Origin: Vicugna vicugna
Taxonomy: Eukaryota
Direction of reading: 5' to 3'
Assembly (NCBI GenBank): GCA_013265495.1
Contig: MU058451.1
Coordinates: forward strand, 1,526,167 to 1,590,166
DNA: 64,000 nt
The notes beneath the pieces were generated by a model, which saw only the letters and a program-made list of their open reading frames with translations, had not been told where the DNA came from and made no database searches. Made by a program: the position numbers and the translations under genes. This document shows positions 12,481 to 24,600 of the stretch, piece by piece. How positions within the stretch are numbered: position 1 is the first letter of the stretch; every line of letters starts with the position of its first letter.

Positions 12481-12685
12481 CTAAGGGCACTGTGTTTTCG
12501 CCTTTACTGCTCTCAGTACAGAATTCCACTTGCTATTCCTCTGTTCTAACTGCTGTTTCTTAAACCTGTCTTGAAAAGAACTATGGTAATCTTCATCTTC
12601 TGTCTCAGAGATGATCTCCATCTTCTGAATGATGAGTTTAATAAGTTCGTGCTGTTTTTCCAGAAGAGAACTGAGATCCTTCAGC
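12481..12685 (-). CDS. TRPA1: TRPA1 exon 27 coding part (205 nt including TAG)
   Basis: [67 protein letters not shown]. Confidence 0.97.
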
Positions 12686-15600
12686 CTAGAAGGACATACG
12701 TTTCATGAGTTCCTTTGCAATAATTCTTTCAGCCCTTGAGTGCAGAAAAGCTTATGTCCTTAAAGTGTTCTGTATCGGATTAACTGTGCTCAGGGTTCAG
12801 CCTCACAGTAGTAATAATCCTTCTAAAGAATACTTATTTTGAAAGTTCAAGTGATTTTTCCGAAGTGATTTTTACACTGCTGGTTCATGGCTAGTTAATT
12901 TTTGTTCCCATTTTAAAGATTAAAACGCTATTGCACAAAAAGTTCAAACAGCTTGCCCAGGGTTATGCAATTAGTTAACAGTTGAGTAGGTCTTTGAACA
13001 CAAGTAACGTAAGCCTAGAGCCCTCATGTGACCGCTGTTCGCTACATAGCTTCTCCAGAGACCCTCAGAGCTTCCAGAGCTTTGATGTATGAATTCAGAC
13101 AGCTCATGAATGTAGTTTAGAATACTGATGGGCAAACGGATTTGTCAACAGCAGCAAATCAGTTGTTTGGTCTAAAAAAAAGTCTCATGATTCTCAATAT
13201 ACCAGCAACACCAGTCAATTAAAGCATGACTTCCTAACCCTAACCCTATATGAGATAAACATGAATATACAACATAGACTTATACTATCCATCATTATTT
13301 AAGAGTTTTAAGTTTCTCAAATACAGATAAAAGGGAAAATACATACCGGTATTTTTGCTTTACTATTTCGGTTTCCAAAGATGTATCAACATTTGGTATT
13401 TCTTGTCTTGCTTCTTGGGTGCAGAAGATATAATGAAATACACCACGCTGTGGGGTAAAAGATTAATGGTTATGCAAGTAGAACTCTATTCAGGAAGTAT
13501 TTCTTTCCTTCTTTATTCTTTTTAATTGAAGTATAGTTGATTTTCAATGTTGTGTTAGTTTCTGGTGTACAGCAAAGTGATTCAGTTATATATGTGTGTG
13601 TATATATGTCAGATTCTTTTTCATTATAATTTTTTACAAGTTACTGGATATAGTCAGGAACTGTTTCTTGAACATGTGCCATTATTTAGCTACTGAGGCA
13701 GGCAAACCAGCACAAATATTCAAAGACATAGCCATGGCCCTCAAGGGGCTCACAGTTCCTTGAAAGAAATAAACATATCTAAAGAGCTATAAAACGAAGT
13801 CATAGTTGTTGGCATAGATGAAAGTACAAGATGGATAAATAATGCAGAAGAAGGAGTGAATTGGAGTGGAGGATTGTTTAGGAAAATATGCAAGTGAACC
13901 ATGTATATTTTCTCATGAAAAATGTCACTCATAAGTGGTGGCATTCTGTGCAGGATTTGTTATTATTTCTCTAAAACAGCTATGCACCATTATCCAACAC
14001 AACTGAATTTCACATGGGGAAATTTCTAAAGTGCTATTTTAATATGTATTTTTAAATTTAGTGTCTTTGAAACCTCTGGTGCACTGGAGAGGGCCAAGGG
14101 CAGGTGTGAAGTGGCTAGCAATGAAGTAATTCTAGGAGTCCCAATGAGAGAAGATGGCCACTCACACAGGCCACCCAGGAACCAAATGGACCACATGTGG
14201 GACTGATTGGGTGTGCGGGGTGAGAACAGGGAAAGGAGATGGCAAGGATGATGTCCTGCACAGGCACATGAATGGTGTGGACATTCACTGAAATAAGAAA
14301 GCCTGGAGAAGGTTGAGGCTTCTTCCCTCTCCCTGCAGGGGTGTCAGGAGGTGAGAGACAGGAGGAGTGGGGAGCATGAGTCTTTTTTGAACATGCAGAA
14401 TTTGAAGTGACTTTAAGATAAACTAGGGAAGATGTCACTCAGGCAGTTGGATAGAGGGGCTTGGAACTCAACGAGCTCTAGGCCAGAGCATCAGCTGCTG
14501 AACCTTCTGCATTTCCGCAGTGACTGCGCCCACGAAATGTGTGAGATTCCAGACGAGTGAAGTCAGGCAGGGAGGTAGGGTAGAGTAGAATAAAGCCTAG
14601 GCTGCTACTTAGATTGACTTCATCATTTATGACTACACAATGGAAACTTAACTTATGAAGAACTCAGAAAGAATATTCGTAGATGCAGGCGGAGCCCAGG
14701 CGTGGGCAGACTAGCATCCAGTACTTCGGACTCTTAGGATAGTCCCTTTTCCATTATATCGTGATGGACTTGCTTAGTCTCTGCCAGTTTGTATGTTTTC
14801 TATAATACACACTTCCCCTGTGTGTGTGTGTGTGTGTACCTGTGTAAATGTACTTGTGTGTTCTATATATGCACACCCATATCTGCACATATATGTGACA
14901 TGTGACTAGGAAAAACAAATGAGGTGCACCTGCACTGTAAGAAAAAGTACTTAGAGGATATGGCTGGCCCACCCACCCAACTGCTCTCACAGGGGTGTGG
15001 TGCATCCTTAAGACAGAGGCTGCGGACCAGCCACCCGGAAGACGTGAGCAAACGTCTCCCTCCTCATTGCCCATGAACAGGCGCCCTTACAGATAACACG
15101 ATGAGTGAATGTCTAGCACTATTGCGGTATTTACATTGATATTTGTCACATGTACTTACTAAGAGTCCTCCACCATATCTGGGTCTGTTGGGGTACACGA
15201 CGATAGATTTCTGATCGACTTTGTGTAGGAACCAGAGTGGCAGCTTCTTCTCTAAGCTGGTATGAAGTTCCACCTAGAGTGCATTTTGGGTTAATTGAAA
15301 GATATCATTAATGAGCACCTGGAATCCTTTGTCGTTAGCACAGCACACTGAAAACTGACTCCTGTGTCCTGGTTTGTGCACAAGCTGGGCTGGCCCGGTT
15401 TCCTTCACCCCGAGCTCACAGTCTCCAGCCCCTACATCTCCCCCCATTACAGGGGCAGCCATCTGCTGTCAGGGGCCAGCTGGTTAAAGGAGAAATTCAG
15501 CTCAAGTCAGCATATGTTTACTGCTAAGGGACTGTGACCAACACAGGGCATGTAAAGAAGAAAAGACTTAATCCGTATTCCTGGGGCGTTACACTACAGA

Positions 15601-18600
15601 ATGTGTGAGCCTGGGAGGTGTGGCTGGAACAATGCACACTTGTGAAAGGACAAAGGCAGGAGGGCTTAAATGGACAAATACAAAAGCAAGCAGGGGAAGA
15701 ATTAGAACTAGCACACCTAAGAGGACTTCATAAACCTTTCATGCTGTGCTAGCAAGTGCAAAAATGCTTATCCATGACCCGCCTTGAGTGTAATTTCTGT
15801 TTTCAGAGATAAAATCGTCTTGTGTGATGTTTTTACCTTGACTTTATATTTAGTTTAATTCTTGCAGTTCAACTTTTTTTGTTTGCATTTGCCAAATTTA
15901 TCTCTGATTCTTTTTTTAAATAGCCCTTTGTGCCTGTTTAGCTATGTTTAATATCATTACCATATAAGTGAATTTTTGCTTTCTAATCTAAGACCATATG
16001 CTTTATTAATATATGGTCATCCACGTGGTTGACGTTCATAAATGGTTTGTGGTAAGAACTTCCTTGACCACACTGTTTGAAACTGGAGCTCCCTCTCCCA
16101 CATAACACATTCCCTATCTTGATCTTGCTTGCCTGCTTTTTTTATAGCACTTATCGCCACTTAACATACTATATATTAGTTTGTTTCAAGAAAAGCTATG
16201 TTTCCTTCAATCTTATTAATAATTCCAACTAGATGTTTTGAGTAATGTAATACGTAATTTTCAGGGTTCTCCTTTTCCCCTGAATCTTGAGGGTAATTTT
16301 CCCTTCCCTTGCCATACTACGCATTTTTTAGAGGTCATATTGACTTACTCCAAATTGATTGAGAAAGATTTATTCAAGCCTAGTGTTTGCCAACAGATAA
16401 AGCACATGGAGTTTCTTAACTTTATTCCTTCTCTACATAGGAGCTGCCAGACTTCCTTTCGCAAATATGGTCCTGGGGAGGATGGCAGGCAGAGCCCCAA
16501 GACCAATTTTGGTGGATCCAATGGGACCCACCCAGTATGGATCTTCTGGGCTAAGGGAGCATCTTCAGCTCCTCTAACTGGTGGGTTTTCTGTGTTAAGG
16601 GGTAAGGTGCACTCCATAGGTTTCCTTTTGTAATTTGCAGCATGTAGGCTAATGTTTATGCAGTGTCTACAGGTGCCAGACTGTCCTGGAAAGTGGGGAT
16701 ATCAGTGTTAAAAACTAAACAGCTCCAAGCCCCTCAAGATACGCATAACCCTTGCCTTTGAGGACTGATACTTCACGGAGTGAAAACATCTCCCAGCACA
16801 TACTGTCCCAGGTACCATTCTGGCCCCACATGTGTTTGAGATGATTTTGTGTGCAATGCACTCCTGCCCATCTCTTATGCCCCTTGTTATGATGTGGGCT
16901 CAGACTTTGTAGGCCCCCACCTGAAGGCTCTAGAGAATAAGCCATGGGCTGAACTGATAAACAAGCTGTGAGGAGTGTCACATAGCCGGCTGGATAAGAG
17001 ATAGACTATTTAATGTATCCAGTATGGACGCCTGTATAAGCAATAATGGGTAATATACTCAGTAGAGGACAACCTAAGACAGGCACAGCCGGCTGGATGA
17101 GACGTGGCCTAAAGTGTCCAGAGTGGACGGCTGGATAGCCAAAGACGGGTAAGATCCTCAGAGGAGGACAACCTAAGACAGGCACAGCCGGCTGGATGAG
17201 ACGTGGCCTAAAGTGTCCAGAAAGCCCCTCAAGATACGCATAACCCTTGCCTTTGAGGACTGATACTTCACTGAGTGAAAACATCTCCCAGCACATACTG
17301 TCCCAGGTACCATTCTGGCCCCACATGTGTTTGAGATGATTTTGTGTGCAATGCACTCCTGCCCATCTCTTATGCCCCTTGTTATGATGTGGGCTCAGAC
17401 TTTGTAGGCCCCCACCTGAAGGCTCTAGAGAATAAGCCATGGGCTGAACTGATAAACAAGCTGTGAGGAGTGTCACATAGCCGGCTGGATAAGAGATAGA
17501 CTATTTAATGTATCCAGTATGGACGCCTGTATAAGCAATAATGGGTAATATACTCAGTAGAGGACAACCTAAGACAGGCACAGCCAGCTGGATGACACGT
17601 GGCCTAAAGTGTCCAGTGTGGACGCCTGGATAGCCAAAGACGGGTAAGATCCTCAGAGGAGGACAACCTAAGACAGGCACGGCCGGCTGGATGAGACGTG
17701 GCCTAAGGAGTCCAGTGTGGACGGCTGGATAGCCAAAGACGGGTAAGATCCTCAGAGGAGGGCAACCTAAGACAGGCACAGCCGGCTGGATGAGACGTGG
17801 CCTAAAGTGTCCAGAGTGGACGGCTGGATAGCCAAAGACGGGTAAGATCCTCAGAGGAGGGCAACCTAAGACAGGCACAGCCGGCTGGATGAGACGTGGC
17901 CTAAAGTGTCCAGAGTGGACGGCTGGATAGCCAAAGACGGGTAAGATCCTCAGAGGAGGGCAACCTAAGACAGGCACAGCCGGCTGGATGAGACGTGGCC
18001 TAAAGTGTCCAGAGTGGACGGCTGGATAGCCAAAGACGGGTAAGATCCTCAGAGGAGGGCAACCTAAGACAGGCACAGCCGGCTGGATGAGACGTGGCCT
18101 AAAGTGTCCAGAGTGGACGGCTGGATAGCCAAAGACGGGTAAGATCCTCAGAGGAGGGCAACCTAAGACAGGCACAGCCGGCTGGATGAGACGTGGCCTA
18201 AAGTGTCCAGAGTGGACGGCTGGATAGCCAAAGACGGGTAAGATCCTCAGAGGAGGGCAACCTAAGACAGGCACAGCCGGCTGGATGAGACGTGGCCTAA
18301 AGTGTCCAGAGTGGACGGCTGGATAGCCAAAGACGGGTAAGATCCTCAGAGGAGGGCAACCTAAGACAGGCACAGCCGGCTGGATGAGACGTGGCCTAAA
18401 GTGTCCAGAGTGGACGGCTGGATAGCCAAAGACGGGTAAGATCCTCAGAGGAGGGCAACCTAAGACAGGCACAGCCGGCTGGATGAGACGTGGCCTAAAG
18501 TGTCCAGAGTGGACGGCTGGATAGCCAAAGACGGGTAAGATCCTCAGAGGAGGGCAACCTAAGACAGGCACAGCCGGCTGGATGAGACGTGGCCTAAAGT

Positions 18601-21600
18601 GTCCAGAGTGGACGGCTGGATAGCCAAAGACGGGTAAGATCCTCAGAGGAGGGCAACCTAAGACAGGCACAGCCGGCTGGATGAGACGTGGCCTAAAGTG
18701 TCCAGAGTGGACGGCTGGATAGCCAAAGACGGGTAAGATCCTCAGAGGAGGGCAACCTAAGACAGGCACAGCCGGCTGGATGAGACGTGGCCTAAAGTGT
18801 CCAGAGTGGACGGCTGGATAGCCAAAGACGGGTAAGATCCTCAGAGGAGGGCAACCTAAGACAGGCACAGCCGGCTGGATGAGACGTGGCCTAAAGTGTC
18901 CAGAGTGGACGGCTGGATAGCCAAAGACGGGTAAGATCCTCAGAGGAGGACAACCTAAGACAGGCACGGCAGGCTGGATAACTGATGGCCTACTTAATTG
19001 AGTTTCTTGACGAACTTTAAAACAATCTATCCTTGATCTTGTAACATCTTGTGCTTACTCCAGGATCCTAGGAACCTTAATAGCTTAAGATTATTAACAT
19101 TGTTATAAATTAGATGGTATGTGATGCATCGTGCATGTCGTATATAAACCCTTTTACAAGAATCAATAGAGAAATGCTTTGCTTACTCCGCACGGTGTTC
19201 ATGTGTACATGGTATCACGCCACTGACAGACTTCATTTGTAAGTGTGATTTAGCGAGTTGTACGTGGATGGAGGGTTGCTTGAGAAACGAGCCAGAGGAA
19301 ATAGAAGAATGGCTTCCTGGTTTTCTAGTTGATATTGTCCTTGATCCAAAACAAGGGACAGGTAACACGGGGGTACTTGCTTTGCCTGCTTCTCTTGGAG
19401 ACCTTTGTGCTGTTTTGATCAGATCTAATACAGGATTGTGCTTTTCAAATGAACTGCACTCACACTGTAGTTTAGCAGGCTTCCCCCAGACAGGTTGTCT
19501 GGTGCCCTTGCGTTGTGTACTGTTCTTCGTATTTGTTCCTCCTGGTATTTTCAAGAGTCATTAGTTATGAAATACTGCTGACCTGTCAGCCAAGAGATTA
19601 AACATCCCTTCTGCTCTCCTCGTTGTCCGCCTCCCTGGAGTCCTGCACTCCATCTTTGTTATGGTAATACCTGGGCATTAGCTCTTCCTTCCTCCAGTCT
19701 TTTCCCCAGTAAACCAAGATAATAACATGTCATCTTAAAGGCCACTTTCCCTTTGTTGCCATTCTTTGGAAAGGCTGTTAATAACGTTCCACTCACCAGA
19801 TAACTTGAAGAACTTCATCATTTACTGTCTTTTCTTTCAAAGCTAAGGTTTTTCTTTGTTTGCTGTTTTTGAACAAAGCCCTCTCTCACCTGGAGCAGCC
19901 TTATCCCCCTGGAAGGAGCCATCCTTCAGCACTGGGAGCCCCGTCACACCTCCTGATCCAGTTCCTGTGTTCTGCCTTCAATCCTTGACTCCTGTTGGGT
20001 CCCTTCTCTCTGGACCAGCCTTGCTGCCCTTCTAAATTCCACCATCTTTCAAGGGCAGGTCACATCCCAACTCATCTGCATAGCATTTCCTTAATTATCT
20101 TTACATTTACTTTCTGTACCTGATATTTTAACCACTTAATGCATATTTTTTGTTCTTTAATATTCCAAGCTCTCTGTATGGTATACAGCTTAGTCACAGA
20201 GAACAGAGTTTAAGGATAATGGTTCTAAGTTGACCTTGATATTTGACACTCCGAATGTTTAGTTAGTGTGCCAATTAGGCTTATTTTGCTTATTATTAAA
20301 GTCAAAGATCACACCCCTTTAATCCCTCTGGGTTCTCATGCTAAGTTGTACTGTGCTGTGTACATACCATGTACTGGAGCAAATTTTTGGAATCAATACA
20401 TGCTAATGTATAGCTGGATAAATAACAGAAGAGAGTAGTATGACAAAGAAAAGTGGAAAGAAGAGTGAGGAGAAAGTTGTATCTTAGCAGGAATTTTTCT
20501 TCCTCTTGAACTGGCCAACTCACCATCAGATATTTCTGAAGCATCAAATATTCCCATACCAATTTAAAATTTAAATGCAGTGCAAACAAGAGCATGGGAA
20601 TAGCCTTTTGTGTAGCAGGGAACTACCTCACAAGATGCAATAGCCAAGGACTTACCCAGAAACCTTTGACTCTAGCAAATTTTACATCAAATTGTCTAGA
20701 AGACGATTTCTAGGGAACAACATCTCTTAGATGCAGTTAACACTTCACTAGGTCTCTGTGGGAACTTTGTAATTCTGTGCTCAGTATAGCAAGTGCTCCT
20801 TTGAACAGTTTGCTGGGAGGAGACAGACTCTAGACAGCTAACCACCCAGATGGCCACATGTTGACAGAAAAAGAGGTTCCTGCAGTTTCCCAATTTCTCT
20901 GCTGAGATTGTTGCAGAAAATCTTTTTCATGATTTTTAATTCTCTGACCAGACTAGGTACACCTGAGAAAGTGCACGACCAGCCCAGTGCAGTGCTTCCT
21001 CAGGACCAAGACAGTGCCTGCATTAGGTAGCTGCGTTCTCAGAAATCTGCTTTTATACATGAGCACTCAGCATGGTGCTAATTTCAGGAAGTTTTAACTA
21101 ACTGTAATACTTACCTGCATAGCAGTCCTCTTCAACAGTGCGTGCTTCTGGACCTCAGCGATGTCACCAACTGCCAAACCAATCTGAGGACCAACACAGC
21201 AGTGAATCACTACCAGTGTAAAGGCTCACCCAAAATGCACCTGCGGTCTCCCTGGCTACAGTTTGGAGGCGGGCATGAAATTTACTGGCCGTAACCTCAA
21301 AACGCTATGCTTACACACCTTACAGAAAAGCCCAAAGCCTATGTACCTTTGTCACGGTGCTGGTCACAACAGTGGGTCCAGTGATTGGAAGTGTTTTCAT
21401 GAGAAGTTAAGATACACAAATTAGTGAGCACTTCATCTTAAAATAAAAATACGATCTTTTTGGAGAGGACAGGGGTGATGTGATACCAGATGTGATTGGT
21501 GCAGTCATGCAGTGTGGCTGCAAACTCCAGGAGCTGAGCACCTAAGGTGACCTCACAGCATGGAAGAGGTAAAACATTAAACTGAGGGAATGGAAGGAAT

Positions 21601-24600
21601 CTGTGTCTTTCATATGTTTGGGAGGGAAAGGTGCACTTTAAGGATGGGTGAGGCTCTGGGAGGAACTCCATGTAGGAATTCATGGCTCAGTAGAATTAGG
21701 TGAGGGGGCTTTCAACTCCATTCTGCTGAATCCAAATTAAAGCAGCTTATATTCACTCACTCTCTCACTATTTGTGAGATACTTAGTACCTGTCTATGCT
21801 GACCCAGCCTCGTGCACGCTGCAGCCAGAGAGAAAAAGCCAGTCTCTGCTCTCAAGGAGCTCAAAGTCAAGTAAACGCCACTGGATAAGGGCTCTGGATG
21901 CCCCAGTACTTAGAACAGTGTGTGGGACACATGGTAGGTACACAGAATAGCTGCTGAATGAATGAACAGTGAAAGAGTATCTTCTCAGGTGTGCACACTA
22001 GCACTGAGAACCAGAGTCAGCAAGTAGGTTTTATTTGGCAATATAATTTTTTTTTAATTTTTAATTTGGGATTTCAAAATTGTAGAATAGATAAACAATA
22101 CTGTAGAGCTACAGTCATCAAGACAGCATGGTATTGGTACCAAACCAGACCAATGGAACAGAATAGAGAGCCCAGAAGTGAACCCACAAACTTTTGGTCA
22201 ACTCATCTTCGACAAAGGAGGCAAGAATATACAATGGAATAAAGACAGTGTCTTCAGCAAATGGTGTTGGGAAAACTGGACAGCAGCATGTAAAACAAGC
22301 TAGAACACTCCCTTACACCATATACAAAAATCAACTCAAAATGGATTAAAGACTTAAACATAAGACAAGATACAATAAACCTCCTAGAGGAAAACATAGG
22401 CAAAATATTATCTGACATACATTTCAAAAATTTCCTCCTAGAAGAAATAAAAGCAAGAATAAACAAATGGGACCTAATGAAACTTACAAGCTTCTGCACA
22501 GCAAAGGAAACCAGAAGTAAAACAAGAAGAAAACCTACGGAACGGGAGAAAATTTTTGCAAGTGAAACCAACAAAGGCTTGATCTCCAGAATATATAAGC
22601 AGCTCATACAACTCAATAAGAAAAAAATAAACAACCCAATCCAAAAATGGGCAGAAGACCTAAACAAGCAACTCTCCAAGGAAGACATACAAATGATCAA
22701 AAAGCACATGAAAAAATGCTCAATATCACTAATTATCAGAGAAATGCAAATCAAAACTACAATGAGGTATCACCTCACACCAGTCAGAATGGCCGTCATT
22801 CAAAAATCCAAAAATGACAAATGCTGGAGAGGCTGTGGAGAAAGGGGAACCCTCCTACACTGCTGGTGGGAATGCAGTTTGGTGCAGCCACTGTGCAAAA
22901 CAGTGTGGAGATTCCTCAAAAGACTAGGAATAGACTTACCATATGACCCAGGAATCCCACTCCTGGACTTGTATCCAGAAGGAAATCTACTTCAGGATGA
23001 CACCTGCACCCCAGTGTTCATAGCAGCACTATTTACAATAGCCAAAACATGGAAACAGCCTAAATGTCCATCAACAGGTGACTGGATGAAGAAGATGTGG
23101 TATATTTATACAATGGAATACTACTCAGCCATAAAAACCAACAACATAATGCCATTTGCAGTAACATGGATGCTCCTAGAGAATGTCATTCTAAGTGAAG
23201 TAAGCCAGAAAGAGAAAGAAAAATACCATATGAGATCGCTCATATGTGGTATCTAAAAAACAAAAACAAACAAACAAAAACAAAGCATAAATACAGGACA
23301 GAAATAGACTCATGGACAGAGAATACAGACTTGTGGTTACCAGGGTGGGTAGAGGGTGGGAAGGGATAGACTGGGATTTCAAAATTGTAGAATAGATAAT
23401 AATAAACAAGATTACACTGTATAGCACAGGGAAATATACACAAAATGTTACGATAAATCACAGAGAAAAAATATGACAATGAGTGTGTATCTGTCCATGA
23501 ATGACTGAAAAATTGTGCTAAACACTGGAATTTGACACAACATTGTAAAATGATTATAAATCAATAAAAAATATTTAAAAATTTTTTTTAATTTGCAAAA
23601 CATGAGATGGGCATTCTCTCTGGTTTATATCAGCCCCCATGAAAACCTACTGCCTCATAACTGCTGCTTTACACACTTAAACTGCTTGCCTGGGCTCTGG
23701 AGATATCTGAGCTTGTGAGTTACAGAATGTGTCAGTTATTAATGTTTAACCATAGTTAACGTTTATTAGATGCTTATCAGGTGCCAAGCGCTATTTTAGG
23801 TGCTTCGTTTTAGCTCATTTCATCCTCACGACAACCTAGGAAAGGTTCTATTATCTTTCTGTGATTTGCATCCTCAAAACTATGAAAACACAAGGAAGGG
23901 GCACCTGATTCAGGCTAGGGTGAGGGGGTGAGAGGAGCTGCTTAAGAAAGTGTTCCCAGGAGAGATGATTCTGGAGCTGAGCATTGAAAGTTTATAAAGA
24001 GTTAACCCAAGATAGGAGGGCTTTCCATAAAAAAGATCAGCCTGTGCAGAGCCCAGGACGCAGGAAGGAAGGCCTGGCACCCTCGATGAATGCACACATC
24101 TGGGTAAATCCTGCTAATGGTGGGGAGTTGGTTAAGATCTGGGTAGGAGCCAGATCATGAGAACGCTTGTGTGTTATGATGATGGGTTTAGACTGGATTG
24201 AAGCCTTTGAAGAGTCATAAAAATTTTTTTTGAAAGAGCCATTGATGGGCCCAGCTTTTCATTATCAAAACATCACTGTGGTGACAACCTGCGGGAGGGA
24301 TTGGACAGGGAAGTGAGACGAGATAGAGAGACTCTTGGGTCCCCGGCAGCAGTGTTGAGGAAATGCCATGAGGGTGCAGGACTGCGGAAGTGGCTGTGAG
24401 AGGCAAACAGTTCTTGGAAGAAATGAGGAAGAGGGGTGGTGATCTGCAACATCTTCCAGTGATCTGAGGCAGGTGACTAGAGATGCTACTGAGAAGCAGT
24501 AGCAGAATTTGAAGGGAAAACACTGTCAATCTTGGCTCTGTTGGCTTTGATTTCCCTCTGGGATATGCAGGTGGAGATGCACCTTGGGTGCTGGATTTGT

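Larger units (their letters stand above)
16706..19294 (+). mobile_element. LTR-like (solo ERV LTR) insertion in TRPA1 intron 24 with internal tandem expansion
   Basis: Starts TGTTA at 16706, has TATATAAA at 19141-19148 and a possible CA end near 19294. It interrupts an L2-like fragment (…ggggatatcag | aggaaatag…). The repeat core resembles laurasiatherian ERV LTR sequence as I recall it. No clean TSD seen, so boundaries are approximate. Confidence 0.6.

Noticed and set aside
17476..18991. CRISPR-like array
   Set aside because: Units are contiguous with no unique spacers, the context is a eukaryotic intron, and there are no cas genes.
22254..22754. 166-aa hydrophobic minus-strand ORF (and a similar one at 38928-39263)
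   Set aside because: Antisense reading of L1 ORF2, a well-known spurious ORF.
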